Part shown: piece by piece, positions 13,975 to 27,424 of the stretch
Numbering within the stretch: the first letter of the stretch is position 1
Layout: each line of letters starts with the position of its first letter
NCBI RefSeq assembly: GCF_009834535.1
Contig: NC_045707.1
Location: 53,880,001-53,944,000, forward strand
Direction: 5' to 3'
DNA from: Camelus ferus
Taxonomy: Eukaryota
DNA length: 64,000 nt
Program-made: the position numbers and the translations under genes
Notes under the pieces: generated by a model
The model's database searches: none
Told to the model about the DNA's origin: nothing
The model's input: the letters and a program-made list of their open reading frames with translations, nothing else

Positions 13975-14290
13975 ACATTATTTCTCAGGAATTGTCTTCT
14001 AAATGAAGGGAATGGAAGAGTTCCATGGCCAAAAATTTTGGGAAATGTTGTATCCTACTTTCTATTATTAGATATTTGCAATGTGTATTAGCATATTAAA
14101 GGATCTGAGACTGTCTGTGCTAGGAACAAACAAAAATACACAATAATAAACAATAATAAGAACAAATAACCTGCTTCACTTACGATAACTAAGCATGTCC
14201 AAAATTATTTGGTTACTACACTCCTTTTTTTCTGTTACACCTAAAAAAGATCCACTAAAATACTATTTTATGAAAATTTGAGAAACACTA
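13975..14290 (-). mobile_element. MER103-like hAT-Charlie element
   Basis: GTTCCATGGCCAAAAATTTTGGGAAATG...ATTAGCATATTAAAGGATCTGAGA...TTTGAGAAACACT matches recalled MER103C motifs. Confidence 0.6.
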
Positions 14291-16739
14291 GCTTGCCTAG
14301 TCCAAATTAAATTGTAGTCGTAGCAATTATTTTCTCACATTCATTAAGAAGTAGTTAAATTATTCTGGAATCTTTTACTCTTTCTATTTTTACTTTATTT
14401 ATTGAATTAAGTAGCTAGCTAATTTCTGTTTTGTCTTTAGATCAGTAGACAAAGCTTCATTTTGATTATGTTTGATTTTACATGAGTTGAAGCACACATT
14501 TGTGTACTGGCATTAAAGGAATCTACAAATACTCATATTTCTAAATCAATATGAGAGAATTTTACTAATAGGTTAGTGTTTACCTCAAAATATTCATATA
14601 TGCAGAGCAATAGAAGATACTACAGTAATAAAAATTTATAAGAAGAATACATTAACAGGTCCATCAACCATATAGTTTTTCTATGCAACTGGCCACACAC
14701 AATATATGATGCAAGTGCATATATTGATTTATATAAATAAAAGGGAAGAAAAACTAGGAGAACATATATCAAAATAGTAATTTAGGTATTCTATGTAGAA
14801 ATTGGTGTTTATTTTTTTCCATTTGGCCCAATTATACATTATAAGTTTTTTATAGTGAGCATATACTATACCTGCAATTAAAAAAAAAAATCAGCCTGAC
14901 CAAATGTTCCACTGATGACAAGAGAAGTTCAGTTCTGGCTTAAAAAGGCTGATTTATGTACTCACAGAAAATTGCAGACAACTGAAACAGGTAAGCCTGC
15001 ACCAGCTCAGGTCCAAACCTGGGTCAAGAGGTAACCTAGTTGGTGTTATGTATAATATTGTGTTGTCTCAAGTCTGGACATATGCTAAAAATATGATTTT
15101 AAATCAGCTTGGAAAAGATAAAATCTTTCAAAGGCAAGAATGTTCAATGGGTTTTAAAAACAATGTGGGAAACAAATACTCCTTTCAAGCAAAAAATAAT
15201 CCAAATGTAGGTCAACATTTCTTAAAAGGATGATTGGAAACCAGGTATCTTGCTAGCTTGAGCAATATAGAATTACTGCTATTAAACCATTTTTCTCTTA
15301 AGAAATTTGTGATTTCATTTGGCTTAAACTAACACTTGGACATGCATGTAATCAGGATATTAATCATTTATAACAGAATGGACCTGCCAAATTGAGGGCT
15401 AGTTCATGTGCAGAAAATAACTTAAAAAAATGAAAGTAAGTGATTGGGTTGTTTAGGATTGAAAGCCATCTTGTTGTTTTCCCTTTGTTATCTCTTTATA
15501 TCTGATAGTAAGGACTACCAAGTTCAAATAATTAGTAATTTCATCTGCATTGTATTGAAGACACATAATTAAGCTCCGGGTTATAGTTACACAAAGATAT
15601 GTATTACCAAGTGATGAGCGTTGTGAAAATACAGTAGTTTTCTTTCGATTGAAAGGTTTAGACCAGATTACAATAAACATTTAATTACATAAAGATATAA
15701 TGTAACTCATCAATAGGAGAAAAGGGAACAGCAATTGCTTTCTCTCTAGGATGAAACTCTCTTAAAATAATAAAACTCTTCTCTCCTTTTAATCCTCACT
15801 TATTGAAAACTGAGCATATTTTATTTGATTCCATGACTCTCTTCCTAGTTAAGATATTGACCACCTACTTCTTTCATGAAGGTTTAGAGACAGAAATTCT
15901 AGGTTAATGATGCTGGTTTTGTAACTTCTAAATTCTATTAACTTCAGCCACATCCAATTGTTTTTCCTTTTAAAAAAGCTGTTCTTGAGTTTCCTGTTTT
16001 TACAAATGATCTGCTATTGTATTGTAACACAAATGTGCTCAAGTGATTTTGTTGAAGTATAGTAGTAACCCCTTAGTGGTCTTTGTGGAGTTTTTGTTTG
16101 TTTGTTTGTTTGTTTTGGTTGTTGTTGTTTGCTTTATCTTGTCTTGTTCGAATACAAGTTTCTAATCATACAAAGTAAAAGAAGACATGTTCATCTATCA
16201 CTGTGAGAAAAAAAAAATCCAGTAAATCAAAGGAAAACTGTAATGAGTCACAAAGAAAAAAAAGTGGTCATAAAATTAGCTGAGAGATCACGTAGACAAA
16301 GAATAATAACCTCAGAGATGTGCCCAAAACCAAAACAGAATACACAATCAAAAAGGCATTACAAGAAATAGGAAACGGAAAGTTCCACAGATAAGCAACT
16401 TATTTTAGAAACAACAAAATAGAGTATGTGGGAAACCAACTGAGCACAATAAATAAATCAGAGTGTATTTAAACTTTACATATAATATATGATGGAATCA
16501 TCTCTCTAATATCTCTTTTACATTAAAAAATGAAAAAGATTTCAAGAAGATTTGATTATTCTTAGATCTGGGTAATTATATCTTTGAAGGCTAAGAAAAA
16601 TTTATTTTTGAAGAAAGTATACTTTGCTAATGATAAATCACTGCATTGCCAAAAGAAAAATAAATGTCTTCAGAAAATGCCAGAGAAATGCACCTTTCAA
16701 GTTCTATACATTAATAAATTCATGCAAAATTACCTAATC

Positions 16740-16895
16740 TGATTAGCTATCTATATCTGTATAACAAATTATCTCAAAACTTAGCAGCCTAAAAACAATA
16801 CAAGCTTATTATTTCACAGTTTCTGTGGGTCAGCAACTTCTCCTTCAAAAGTTCTCACAAGATTGTAATCAACACGGTCTCATCTGAAGGCTCAC
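16740..16895 (-). mobile_element. MLT1 (MaLR LTR) fragment
   Basis: ATTAGCTATCTAT...TAACAAATTATCTCAAAACTTAGCAGCCTAAAAACAA...TTATTATTTCACAGTTTCTGTGGGTCAG. Confidence 0.7.
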
Positions 16896-16927
16896 ATTGA
16901 TAGATATAGAAGTGAGTTCATTTGTGG

Positions 16928-17090
16928 TTTTTTATTTATTTATTTATTTTTATTTCATGTATAAGTGATATCATATGCAATTTTTCTTTCTCTTTCTGGC
17001 TTACTTACTTAAAATGACAATCTCCAGGTCCATCCATGTTGCAGCAAATGGCATTATTCTGTTCTTTTTTATGGTTGCATAGTATTCCAT
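16928..17090 (-). mobile_element. Short L1 fragment (ORF2 end) with (TTTA)n tail
   Basis: CCAGGTCCATCCATGTTGCAGCAAATGGCATTATT...ATAGTATTCCAT is the reverse complement of the L1 segment seen at about 10280-10410. Confidence 0.88.
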
Positions 17091-17094
17091 CTTG

Positions 17095-17830
17095 TTCATT
17101 CATTATCTATTTATTCTTTCATCCAGTAAATATTTTTGAGCCCTTGCTTCTGAAGATATAGCAGCAAACAAAACAGATGATGTTCCTGTCCTCATGAAGC
17201 TTATGTTGTGCGAACAGAGATAGAAAATAAACATTCAACATATTAGCTAGTGATACTTGCTATGAGAAAGCAAAGCATGTTACAGGAGGGTGGCTAATTT
17301 TACATACAATGGTCAATCCAGGTCTCTCTGAACAGGTGACATTTGTGCAGATACCTGAAAGAAAGAAATAAGCAAGATGTATAAATAATAAGGTGCCAAG
17401 CAATTCAGAGGGAAGAGAAAGTGCATGTCCTGAATTATGGGCATGCATTACGTATTCACAGAACAGTAAGGAAGAAAAGATGATTAGAAGCATGGTGAGG
17501 ATTCGGTAATTGGAAATCTGGGGTGAAACTGCTAGATTGTGCAGGCCTGATAGGTCATCATACAGCCTACCATTTCTCTGGGTAAGCTGGGAAGACACAA
17601 GAGGGACAAAATCAGAGCTATGTTTTAGTAGAAACCCTATGAATAGTGTATATAGAACAGAAAGCTGGAGGTGGGGTATACAAGACAGTAAAACTCTACT
17701 GAAATAATTCAGCTGAGAAATGATGGTGGCTTGAATGAAGGTGACAGCAATGGAGGTGGTGAGGAGTGATCAAATTTGGGGTATATTTTGATGTGTGGTG
17801 AACTTTTTATTGGAAAATTAGATGTTTTGT
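17095..17830 (-). mobile_element. L2 LINE 3' portion
   Basis: TTCATTCATT...AAATATTTTTGAG (L2 tail), CCTGTCCTCATGAAGCTTA, AGGTGACATTTGTGCAGATACCTGAA, GAGAAATGATGGTGGCTTGAA. Confidence 0.8.
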
Positions 17831-18949
17831 GTGAGTAAAACAAAGGAGTTGTTTTTTTGCAGATATGAAATTTAACAGATAAAATTAATCCTTAAGTTTA
17901 CTGATGGAATTTTCATACAAACAGCTTAAACTAGGTTTTTTAAGGGAAATATTTTTTACTAAAAAAGAAAACTGCCTTTTAAAATTTAACCTGTTCTTCA
18001 TCTGATTTAGAATTCTTTACAAATTTAAAGCAAAAACATTTATGCATGTTTCTGAAATATTTCACTTCTCACAAAGTACGCCGTGAGAAGCCTATCTCAG
18101 AGAAAATTATGTAAGATTGATTCACATCAACTTTCACTGTTCATTTCTAATGAAAGAAAAAACCTTTAAAAAGTCTTGATGGATGATGCACACAGTATTT
18201 CTTAAGTATTTCAAATGTCAAAGCTTAAGAATCAGTTATGTGTCCTGGAGTGTCATATTGACAGACTCACTCTCCTCTTTACTATTGATTTACTCTCTGT
18301 TGGACAAACATAAATATATAGAAGAGAAAAAAATCTATTTTTTATAGTGACTAGAGTTTTAATTCCTGAAAAAATTATTATTAAAAGTAGAAACAATAAA
18401 TATAAATAAAGGAAGCTGTAAGTAAATAAAAAGTAGCTGTATCTAATTTAACTTATTGAATTAGTTTTGCTTGGACATGTATTCAAAGCAAGTAGTATAA
18501 AATTACTTTTTTTTTGGCCCCTTGCAGTATATTGAGAAGATTGTCAACATTGTGATCTTGGTCAAGTTGCATCATTTGGGGGCCTAAATCTTTCATCTGT
18601 AAAATGATAACATTGGATTATATGACTACTGCAGTCAAATATTATAGTTTATAATTTTATTACAAAAAAAGATTAAAAAGTTATAAAATTTTACTATTTC
18701 AAGATTCATAATTTTATATAATGAGTTTAATTTTTCCTTATCTTTGGAGCTTTGCTAAGTTAGTCATCTGCTAACATATCTATTCAACAATTATGTTTTA
18801 TTTATTGTGTTAACATTTGCAGAGTCATATATGAGGCACTATCCTCTCCTCTTAAATTTTCAGTCTTTTTTGAGGACTAAAATAAACAAATATGATACAA
18901 TAAAAAAAAATGAGAATGCTCTGATAGCACGTGGTCCAGCTTGGGTATT

Positions 18950-19385
18950 TTTTTTAGTTGGGACTTTATGGTTGCGAGTTACAGAATCCCAACTAAGTTG
19001 CCTATACAAAATAAGAGGTATGTTGGAAAAAATATCAAAGATTCTCTCACATATAAAGGAAGTTCTATAGCAACCCTGGCATATCTGAAAACTTCAGGGT
19101 TTGGAAGAGGAATTCAACTCTGCCAGTACTATTTTTCTACATGTCTTTCCTCTGGACTGGGCATCATTCTTTATTCTACAGACTGGCCTTATTCATGTGA
19201 TAGCAAATATGGCCACTAGCTGACCCAGGTTCACATGTTTCCTGTTACATGTGCGAGGAAGAAGACAGTTTTCTTGTTAGTACTGTAAGAAAAATATCAG
19301 CGTTTAGCCTGATTGGACAGGCTAAATCTGTTCTAGACCAATAGCTATTGCCAGGGAAATGGGGATAGTGTGACTGGCCAAGCAG
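18950..19385 (-). mobile_element. Old MLT1 (K/J-like) MaLR LTR
   Basis: GGGACTTTATGGTTGCGAGTTACAGAATCCCAACT...CTGATTGG...GACCAATAGCTATTGCCAGGGAAATGGG...TGACTGGCCA. Confidence 0.55.
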
Positions 19386-20156
19386 GGCCAACTGTCCTCC
19401 TACTTTAATAAGAGGTAAAGAAAGGAATCTGAGCCGAAAACAACAACAAAACAATAATTTCCCCAGTGGCTAACCCAGAATATGGAAATTCAGAGCAGGA
19501 AATATTTGACTCTTATCTTAAGAAGTGATGTGGAGGAGGAAGAAAAGGGCACTAAAGGCATGGGAACAGGAGAACACGTTAGCACTTCAGCCAACATTTG
19601 TGTAGGGCTGCTGTGACAGGTGTGAGGTGCTGGTGTGGGGGTAGTGAAAAATGAAGTGTGACATGTAAGTTGGGTCTCACTAGACAGGGCTTTTGCATTT
19701 AATGCTAAAGCTTTGAAATTCTCTGACTTTGATGGAAAATTACTGAAAAAGGAGGTCAAGAGACTATCCGGACAAAACTAGGAAGAGCTTGAAGTGAGCT
19801 AGAGATGTGGAAAGAAGGGCACTAGAGAGGAGATGAAGAAGGATTTTGGAGAATAATAATTGGCTCTTTTGTGAAGAAGCAAGGTCAACAGAGAAGGTAA
19901 AGTCTAGGATGAATTACCAGATGGCTATTCACATTGGCAATACAATCACATTGACAAAACTGGTACCATGAACACTGAACAGAGAATAACAGAGAAGCAA
20001 ACATAACTGACATAGGAAAACACACTTTTTGATGCCATCAGAATGTGAAATTTTCTTAGGCATTTGCATTACAAGTCTTGCCTTATTGATTTCAACTTGG
20101 ACAATGTGATCGTTTGAAATTCTAAAATCTTTCATTTTTCCTATCACTCAGCCATT

Positions 20157-20158
<2 letters not shown>

Positions 20159-20232
<74 letters not shown>
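20159..20232. repeat. (ATT)n microsatellite, about 24 units with one interruption
   Basis: Read directly from the sequence. Confidence 0.97.
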
Positions 20233-20799
20233 TTACTGAATTTCTCTTTGATTGGTCTGATACAGTGAAATTCCAAATAGAAATATTTCAATCTCTGAGT
20301 TTTACTGGAAGCCTGACTAGCTGATTCCAATATGGGATTAACAGTTATGATTACTTGTGTGACCTAAAAAAGATCAAGCAATCATTTTTAAATTGAGTTA
20401 TTTTATCTCTAAAATGATAACTAGAGTTACTGTCAAAATTCAAACATTTTTTGGGTATTTTCTTGGAAGACAGACTGAGAACAAATACTATAAACCAAAT
20501 TGAAAGTGGACCTATAATATTCTACTATAAGAATAGTCAGAGAAGGAGAAAAAAAAAATCAAGAATATAAAAGCCTGACCCTTGATTGCTGCCTTGTTCT
20601 TTGCTCCCAAAGGTTGAATTTTGATGGGAATTACGTTGCTACTTATTGAGTCCACATCCCCAAGATTCTCAAATAAGTCATTAGTCACCTAAATTCTATG
20701 TCTCTGCCCTGATTTTGCCTTAAGCTTCATTGAAAGGCTTTGCCCCATAGAAAGAGACCCTGGGCACCTAGAACAGGGATGGGGATAAATGATACAATG

Positions 20800-21045
20800 A
20801 ACTTACATTTACACAGTTCACACTATGAACCAGGCACTGCTGTAAAGTGCTTTGCACTTATCCAACCATTTAACTGTCACAGTAATGCTTAGAGATAGGT
20901 CTTTATTTATTATTCCTGTTAATTGAAAAGTAAGTAGACTAATGTTGATATCTTAAGTGATTTGTCAAAAGTCCTAAAGGCAATGAGAGTCAAGGTTTAA
21001 ACCCAAGTAGCTATCTCTAGAATCTCTAGGTTTAACCATTGTGGA
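20800..21045 (-). mobile_element. MIR SINE
   Basis: CACTATGAACCAGGCACTG...AAGTGCTTTGCA...TAAGTGATTTGTCAAAAGTC...GGTTTAAACCCAAGT. Confidence 0.65.
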
Positions 21046-24000
21046 ATTCTACCTCTCAACAGGCAAGAGTCTAATGTCACTGGGTTTCTGCAGGAGGGAG
21101 AAGCCTGTGGCTAACGTGTCCCGGGGCTTTGATACACCTTAAGTTTTAATTTTGGGGTAAGGCAGTTAATGTTACTCATCTGCTGCATTTATTTCCAGAA
21201 GGATCTCAGCCAGGAGAGAAGTTACATTTAAATTTAATCTTATAAGAAATTGACTATTTGGTCTTAAGCTTCCCACTTCAGATAATTTTTGCTGTATATT
21301 TTCAATTTAACCCAGCGGTAGGCAGTTGTATTTGAGTAACCTTAAATATTTGAATTATGGAAATGGTTTCTATGCATTACAGGTCCAATGACACTATGTA
21401 GTATGTTAATATTTGTTTCAAATGTGTATTGACAATGACATATTAACAAGATGAAGTCTTTATGCTTCCCAGATTATTCCAATGTTGTGGAAGAAATGAA
21501 GCAGCAGATACATTTTAACTTTTTGCTATTGTCATAACAGAGTGGTTCTCTGTTGTGGTGTCTGTATTTATTATTTGTACAAACACTCTGTTTTCAGAAT
21601 TACTCTGATCCAAAGATACAGTGAATCTAATGAACACACTGTGCATAGACAGACAGGTGCCTCTTGGTTTCTTTGCTCTTCCCTCCATGCTGTTTTGTGG
21701 TGATGACTGGGAACCTTTAAAAATTGGTTAAACCTGTTTTGTCACCACACTAATACATTTAAATACCCAATAGATTGGATATCATTTAATTACATTGTTT
21801 AATAAAGCAATCAATTGTTTCAAATTAGGCTGATACATTGAATTATTAACCATGCATGATTCTGATAACTACTGCACGAGAAGGTCTGCTGTAAATCAGG
21901 TGAGCGTATTATAAGGTGGACAGGGCTGCATTTACATGTTATTAGAAAGTGAATTTCCAAAATGAATGTTACTCAGCTCTCATACATTTTCAGGGTCCCT
22001 ATTATGTGGCTTCCAGTGAACAGTTACTGATGCTATTTTCCAAGTAGTATGTTTAAGACTTCAAATGATTTAGCTTACATTAAGACATATTGTTTCATCT
22101 TTTTGACAATTGTATTAAATTATATATAATATTATATTTGTGTATTAAGCAAGTCCTACATATTTCTTATTACCCAATTATAGATCACATTAGAATGCAG
22201 GTCAAAACTATCAAGGGAATATTTGAAAAAAACTTTAAGTGACAAAGAGTGAAAGAAGGTTTTTTTAATGTCTTGTTTTGGTTAGATTTGGGGTATTGAT
22301 TAGGTTAAATACAAATAATTTATATTTAAAAAGGAATTCAAAAATCTACATCTTCTTGTAAATAAGTAATGAGATGCAGTAATGGAGTTCTACTCATATG
22401 CAGTCTAGATAGACAAGGTTACCCAAACCTATGTGAAGGCAGATGAGTCCACACCCTATAAACCAGAACAGAATTGTAAGAGAGCTTGAAAGACTGACAG
22501 TTTCCACTGAGACAGGTCCTTGTCTCCCACAGCTGTTTCTTCCCATCCTACTTACATATGACCTCTGTTCCTGAATCTTCCTCCTCTCACTTCTTGAGAA
22601 ATTTGAATTGACCAACAAATAACTCCTAGTCTGCAGAACAATTTCTCCCTCTTTCCAGTACTGATCTGGACCAACTATTTTCAAAATTAGCTCAATTTTA
22701 TATAACCCCTGTTGCTAAAGCTGTGTTAAATTTCCCTCTCCTTCTCTGTGACAATGCTCGTTGTGAACATTCTTGTTGCCAGCGCTTTGAATAGTCTCAG
22801 GCTAATGATGCTCTGATTTTCTTTCCCCAGATCAACAGAAAATTGAGCAATGTGTTCACTGAACAGTGTTGTTGCAAGAACCAAGGTGACTTTCTATTTC
22901 TATTGATACAAATTTTAGGAAGTTAATCAAGAACAGGGAAGTCTTGTAGTGCCAATGGAGCACTGTCTCTAATTCACCAAACTAATAAATAAATGTTCAT
23001 TGCAATGAAAGCAACACTCAGATTTTTACTTGCTTTGGGACACAGTTGCCCTTGGGACACAGTTGCCCTTAAAAGGTGGGCTAAGGAGAATATAGAAATT
23101 TGATTAATTAAATAGGATGATAAAATGCATCCATAGCTGGGCCTGCTTTGTTTTCAATTTCATTCAAAAGTCAAAAACAAAAACAAAAAAGAAAAACATG
23201 AATTGGGGTCTGAAGTTCTAAAACAGAATCATTTTTGTTTACCTGGGGCACTTGAAGAACATCTCTAAATCTCAGTTTTCTCATTTGGAGTAAGTAGAAC
23301 AATAATGAATTGAACTAAATGTGGAAAACTAAGTCCTCTACGCCTTGTGAATTAGGCTTCTGAGCAACAAGTGATAAAAACCTATTCAAACCACCTGAAG
23401 CAAATGTCATGATGTCTATGAAGAAAAGCTTTGTCAGCTGGAAATTGTTATATACATTCATCAGCTATTCCTGTGTGAACTGGGGAAAAAAAAAAAACTT
23501 TTAAACTTCTGCTTACTTTTGTGGGGAAGCTAAAAAGCACAGGATATAAATCATATCAATCCAAACTACCCCCAGATTTAGTAGAAGGCGTACGATTTAG
23601 GTTCTTATTTAAGTCTTCCGACTGACTCACTGCTGCTTCCACGGTGATTGGTGTCAAAGATAAGCATATAATTTAGACCAAACCGGGACATTCTTTCTTT
23701 GTTAGGAAGGTTAAAAGTTATTTTCTTGCTTCTGAATTCACAGTGCAGAAAGTGTGTTCACTGATAGTTGGCATTGCCCATTTTCCCACCACATAGAGGA
23801 AGCCTGACCGTATTAACAGAACTGTGGCCAAAACACAGAGAGAAGCAGGGAACGTAGACTCGTCTTCCTCAGGTTTTGTGAAATTGGCCTTTTTGAAAAA
23901 TTTCTCTACTTTGAGTTAGGTTTTTGCCAGGTGAGTATTTAATACACATGAGATTTGGTGGACTTAATTCTCCACTTTCAGTTCAGTGGTTAAGCATACA

Positions 24001-25329
24001 ATTTTCTAGAAGAACATCTGAAAATATTAATAATATTAATACCAATAAGACAGTCTTTCATGGTGTGTACAGGGGAAAGTGAATGGAACCAGACAGACAC
24101 CGAGACAGATTTACATAAAAACTGGAATCAAAATAAGAGCATTGAATATGTATGTATACAGCTAATAGATTCTTATGACTGCCTTGTCTGTTTATAAACT
24201 ATCTAATTCAGTCTTTTTGTTATTTTTAAGTTACTGACTAATATTGTAATGAGTCCATTTGGACACCCTAAGGAGAATAACCTTTAATGATCGATAATGT
24301 ATTATTTTTAAGGAATGGTGACTGAATTCTTTACAATGTCTCTTAGGTGTATCTGCCTTCCCAAAGTTCATGTCCTTACACATGTCCTTTTTCCAAGTCT
24401 GTTACATGGTGTGCCATACTTATTTAGATTGACTTGCAAAATACAAACTTTTAACCAGAGTGCATGCGTTGGATGTCATTTATCAATGATTTATGGGACT
24501 GTTGTTTTTGGAGTGCTAACTTAGTCGTTCATGCCACTTCAAAGTATGTGATTTGTCTTGAGGACAACATAGGACTGCCACAAACAAAAGCAATTTCAGA
24601 ACTGTTTCTTCACTATTAACATACTGTGCTGACTTAAGGACAGCTGACTCAATGCGTCAGTGAAGGACATGTTGCAAAACCAGGTTGTGTGGAGGCTGCC
24701 TAACAATGCAGCTTGTCTTTGTAGGATTTTTATAGGGCATAGTTCTCTTGTGCTCTTTAGGGTTGACTCAGTTCTGAGTTTCTACTTTCTTATAAGAAGA
24801 TCAATATTTTCCATTGTGATGATCTCAGCAACCCATGATCTGTATCCTACAGAACACAGTAAATATTTCTGTTACTCACTCTGTTCTAGAGCTATTCCAT
24901 ACCTTTCCTTCCCTGTGACCCATCACTTCCTTCAAAAATGCCTAGATTCTTCATTTGGAGAAGGATGAGTAAAACAATTTCAATATAACCAAGAACTTTT
25001 TAGTAGCAACTAGTTATGGCATTGGAAAAATGTTTTTATTTTAATTTATTAGAAATGATTCTATTTCAGATCCTCAGACTCCAATCCATGTGTTTTTTTT
25101 TTGAATGGTTTTACATTTTGAATGAAATTGAAAATAAGGCAGGTTCCCTCCTTCCTTCCTTTCTCCCTTCTCCTTCCCTCCTTTCTCCTTTCTCCTTCCC
25201 TCTTTTCATTCTCCCTCTTTCTTTCTTTCTTTCTTTTCTTTCTCCCTTCAGTCCTACCTCTTAGCCATGCAAAACAGGACTCAAATTTCTAAGGGGTTGA
25301 AGGTGAGGAAAATCAGGTAAATATCTAAG

Positions 25330-25517
25330 CAGTGATGTTCTAGTAAAAACAAAGCAAAACAAAAGCCAGATATGCAGCATTTGCCGATCTCTGTGATGTA
25401 AAATATACCCACCAAGGCCACTTTCAAACTACCAACCTGACATCACTGAGCATGGAGCTGGGAACAGATGTGCACATTTGTCTCTAATTAGCTGGAGCCT
25501 GCTCCAGCACATCACTG
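25330..25517. mobile_element. MER63-like hAT-Blackjack MITE
   Basis: TIR-like CAGTGATGTTCTAG / CCAGCACATCACTG, with internal GCATTTGCCGAT...TTTCAAACTACCAAC...GGAGCTGGGAACAGATGTGCA. Confidence 0.8.
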
Positions 25518-26098
25518 AATGTGAGCAAGGAGGGTGGAACTGCTTAGTAATTTATTACTAATAAGCCCTTTTGCTTCCTTTAAGGTAAACCGCACTCTAC
25601 TCAGTGGAAGGCCAAGAAAGACATTTTCTAGAACCAGTAGCAGCATCAAAGGGACGAGATAGAAAAGACATCTTCTTTCATCAGCAGTTCTGAGGACTTG
25701 ATGCTTGCATACTCTCAGACTTGAAAAATCCTCAATATTTGGCCACCTTTAAATAAAAACCTAAAAATTTTCCATAAGTAATGGATCTAGAGTTTATTCC
25801 CAAAAGCATTCAGCAGCTTCCAGGCTAGTTGTGATTCAAGAATCAATGAAGATAGAAAATCATTATTAAGTGCACTTAATTGTTATTGTTATATTTAGAA
25901 ATGGGAAGATTTGCAATAAGAGTCAGTCTCATGTAGAAAATTAAAGCAAGAAAAAGGAGATGGAAAATTTTAGGAGGAAGCAAAAGAATAAAACTACAAG
26001 AAGTTGAAGCATGAAGTTCAAATACATTAAAACACCAATTATCTTTAAGCACCACTAACTCTAATGGAGAGGATTTTCGATGAAATATACTAACTTAC

Positions 26099-26254
26099 CA
26101 GTATTTCTCAAAGAACGGTCCCTGAACCAACGTAGAATTAACTGAGGTGACTCTCCCCTACTGAATGAGTCTCTCCATTGGGGGACTTTGAGATCTACCC
26201 TCTTTGATAAACTTTCTAGATGAGTCTGAAGCATCCGAATTTTGAAAACTTCTG
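26099..26254. mobile_element. MER5-like hAT MITE
   Basis: CAGTATTTCTCAAAG...CCTACTGAAT...TTTGAAAACTTCTG. Confidence 0.55.
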
Positions 26255-26399
26255 CAATCATTATAAATCAACTTATTTCTGTCAAAAAGCAATCCAATAG
26301 TAGGTGTATTATTTTCTTCCTAAGAGAGCCTGCTTTTATTTGGTTAAAACACACAGTTAAAAATAATTGCATGGGGGTTGCTGTGTTCTAGCCAAAGTT

Positions 26400-26690
26400 T
26401 TATAAGTGGAGATTCCTTGGTAGGTCAGACTGAACTGCCCTGTCTTCTGCCCTTCTTTCTGCCTGAAATATGATCAAATTCCCTGGAAGCAGAGCAGCAT
26501 CCAAAATTATATGCTAAGGATGGCAGGTCAGGAAGTCGGTATGAATTTTGGTCCTTAATGATTTCCTTAAGCAGCTGCACTGACCTCAATTGCCTATTTC
26601 CTGACTGTTGTTACTTGAAAAAAGTAACTCCTACTTGTTTTAGCCACAAGGGTAGGCCTGATGCATAAACAAACAAAACCCTAAATGCTA
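26400..26690 (+). mobile_element. MLT1 (I/J-like) LTR 3' part
   Basis: CCTGGAAGCAGAGCAGCATC...ATGCTAAGGATGGCAG...GGTCCTTAATGA...CTTGTTTTAGCCAC. Confidence 0.55.
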
Positions 26691-27424
26691 CAGGCACTAA
26701 TGTAATGGCAAAACAATAGAGGCAATCATTTCAAAGAATTGAATTTGGTGAAAAAATAAAGGAGCATCATTTAATATCAACATACGTATGTGGAGTAAAA
26801 ATAATCTAATTTTACATAATTTTCTTTTGGTTCATTTAATTCTTTCGAAGTTAACTGATGTTTATTTTCATTATGTCCTTTGTAGAACTTACATTTTATG
26901 GTGAAAAATGGTAAATGTCTGATAATTGCCATTTGACTATGAGCCTTTTCAACAACTTACAATAAAATGTGTATAAATTTAATCTTCTTGCCTGATACTC
27001 TTGATTGGTATGAAGTCATTCCATAACACAAAAGGCAAATCACATTTTTGAAAATAAAGAGAAAAATATGTTTACGAAGAGGGAAATCAGAGCTTTCTAA
27101 AGGAAAATTTTAAAAGACTGAAAAAAAAATAGTCAAAAATTATGAAGCTGATAAAGGACTGACTGTAGCAAAATGTGACAGGAGAGAATGTCTCAGATTT
27201 CTGGTATCATCTCTTGAATTATTAACAGCCTATGTAATTTAACTTCATCAGAGACTTCTGAATAAAATGCTACAAATAGAAACTGAAAAAAGAAGCATAG
27301 AACATTGGATTGAAATCCAATAAATTTATTTTTCAAAATCTCTTCACAATTATTTTTGTATTTAAAAGATATTCTCTTCAATTTTCTGACTCAATTTAAA
27401 GTGAACACAGCTTCTGAGAGCTGC

